A stretch of DNA of 63,963 nucleotides, the filler included, from Octopus bimaculoides (lineage: Eukaryota), in the NCBI RefSeq assembly GCF_001194135.2. It is 7 parts of 7 records of this genome, joined end to end, with 100 filler letters (N's around TTAATTAATTAA, not from the genome) between each part and the next. Parts side by side here need not be neighbours in the genome. Positions count along the whole stretch, not along the records: positions 62,090 to 63,963 come from NW_026337803.1; 6 more parts are not named here. One strand, 5' to 3'. Below, in pieces: positions 63,562 to 63,963 of this stretch. How positions within the stretch are numbered: position 1 is the first letter of the stretch; the number at the start of each line of letters is the position of its first letter. The notes under the pieces were generated by a model. It was not told the DNA's origin and did no database searches. It was given only the letters and a program-made list of their open reading frames with translations. The translations under genes and the position numbers were made by a program.

Positions 63562-63963
63562 GTAAGTCTATAAAAGTTACTCTTCAAAGTAAAGATTTTC
63601 CCCAAAGCATAAAAATTGAATTTTCTATGAAATTAATCCTAATTTCTTGACATTATCTCCTGTTTTCTTTGAAAGTTACTAACAATTGTCATGGGTTTTG
63701 ACTTTCCTTCTCCAATTAAAAAACAAATCCCAATTCCTTGAAAATATGTTGCAAACTTTATAGTGAATCTCACTATTAACCTAAAATATTCAGCTTTTAT
63801 CAACACAATTCATCTATTTAAGACGACCTAAATTCATATAATGATTTGAAAAGACTGATTTTCAACTATTCTAGGCAAGGAATGTTCTACAATTTGCTAC
63901 TAATGATTACTAACCTAACACAAAAAAAGAAGTAACTTCCATATTGCTTCTCATAGGACCAAC

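Overview
AT-rich, microsatellite-dense animal genomic DNA from a gappy short-read-style assembly. The repeat landscape (several tRNA-derived SINE families, many Tc1/mariner relics, RTE/CR1 LINE fragments, TTAGGG motifs) most resembles an octopus or other cephalopod genome; this is inference from pattern recognition, not a database result. Six exactly 100-bp spacers (44 N + TTAATTAATTAA + 44 N) show the window is seven sequences joined in silico, so context across those joins is not guaranteed. No complete host gene is visible. The one well-supported host coding element is a 45-nt phase-1/1 exon at 63517-63561 (GPPYNTTEEDIQDLFG) matching the size, phase and motif of the penultimate coding exon of thiopurine S-methyltransferase (TPMT). 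A CpG-rich candidate promoter (CRE, ETS and YY1-like motifs) lies at about 48700-48960. The rest is mostly decayed mobile DNA: about nine Tc1/mariner relics of several lineages, a Helitron RepHel N-terminal relic, a second Helitron-like end, CR1 and RTE reverse-transcriptase fragments, hAT-type and other MITEs, and over 25 SINE copies. The most unusual object is a 158-bp foldback element with 45-bp near-perfect arms around a telomeric (TTAGGG)-like core, nested in a deleted mariner (58495-58652). Most ORFs in the supplied track are microsatellite or N-gap read-through and are rejected.
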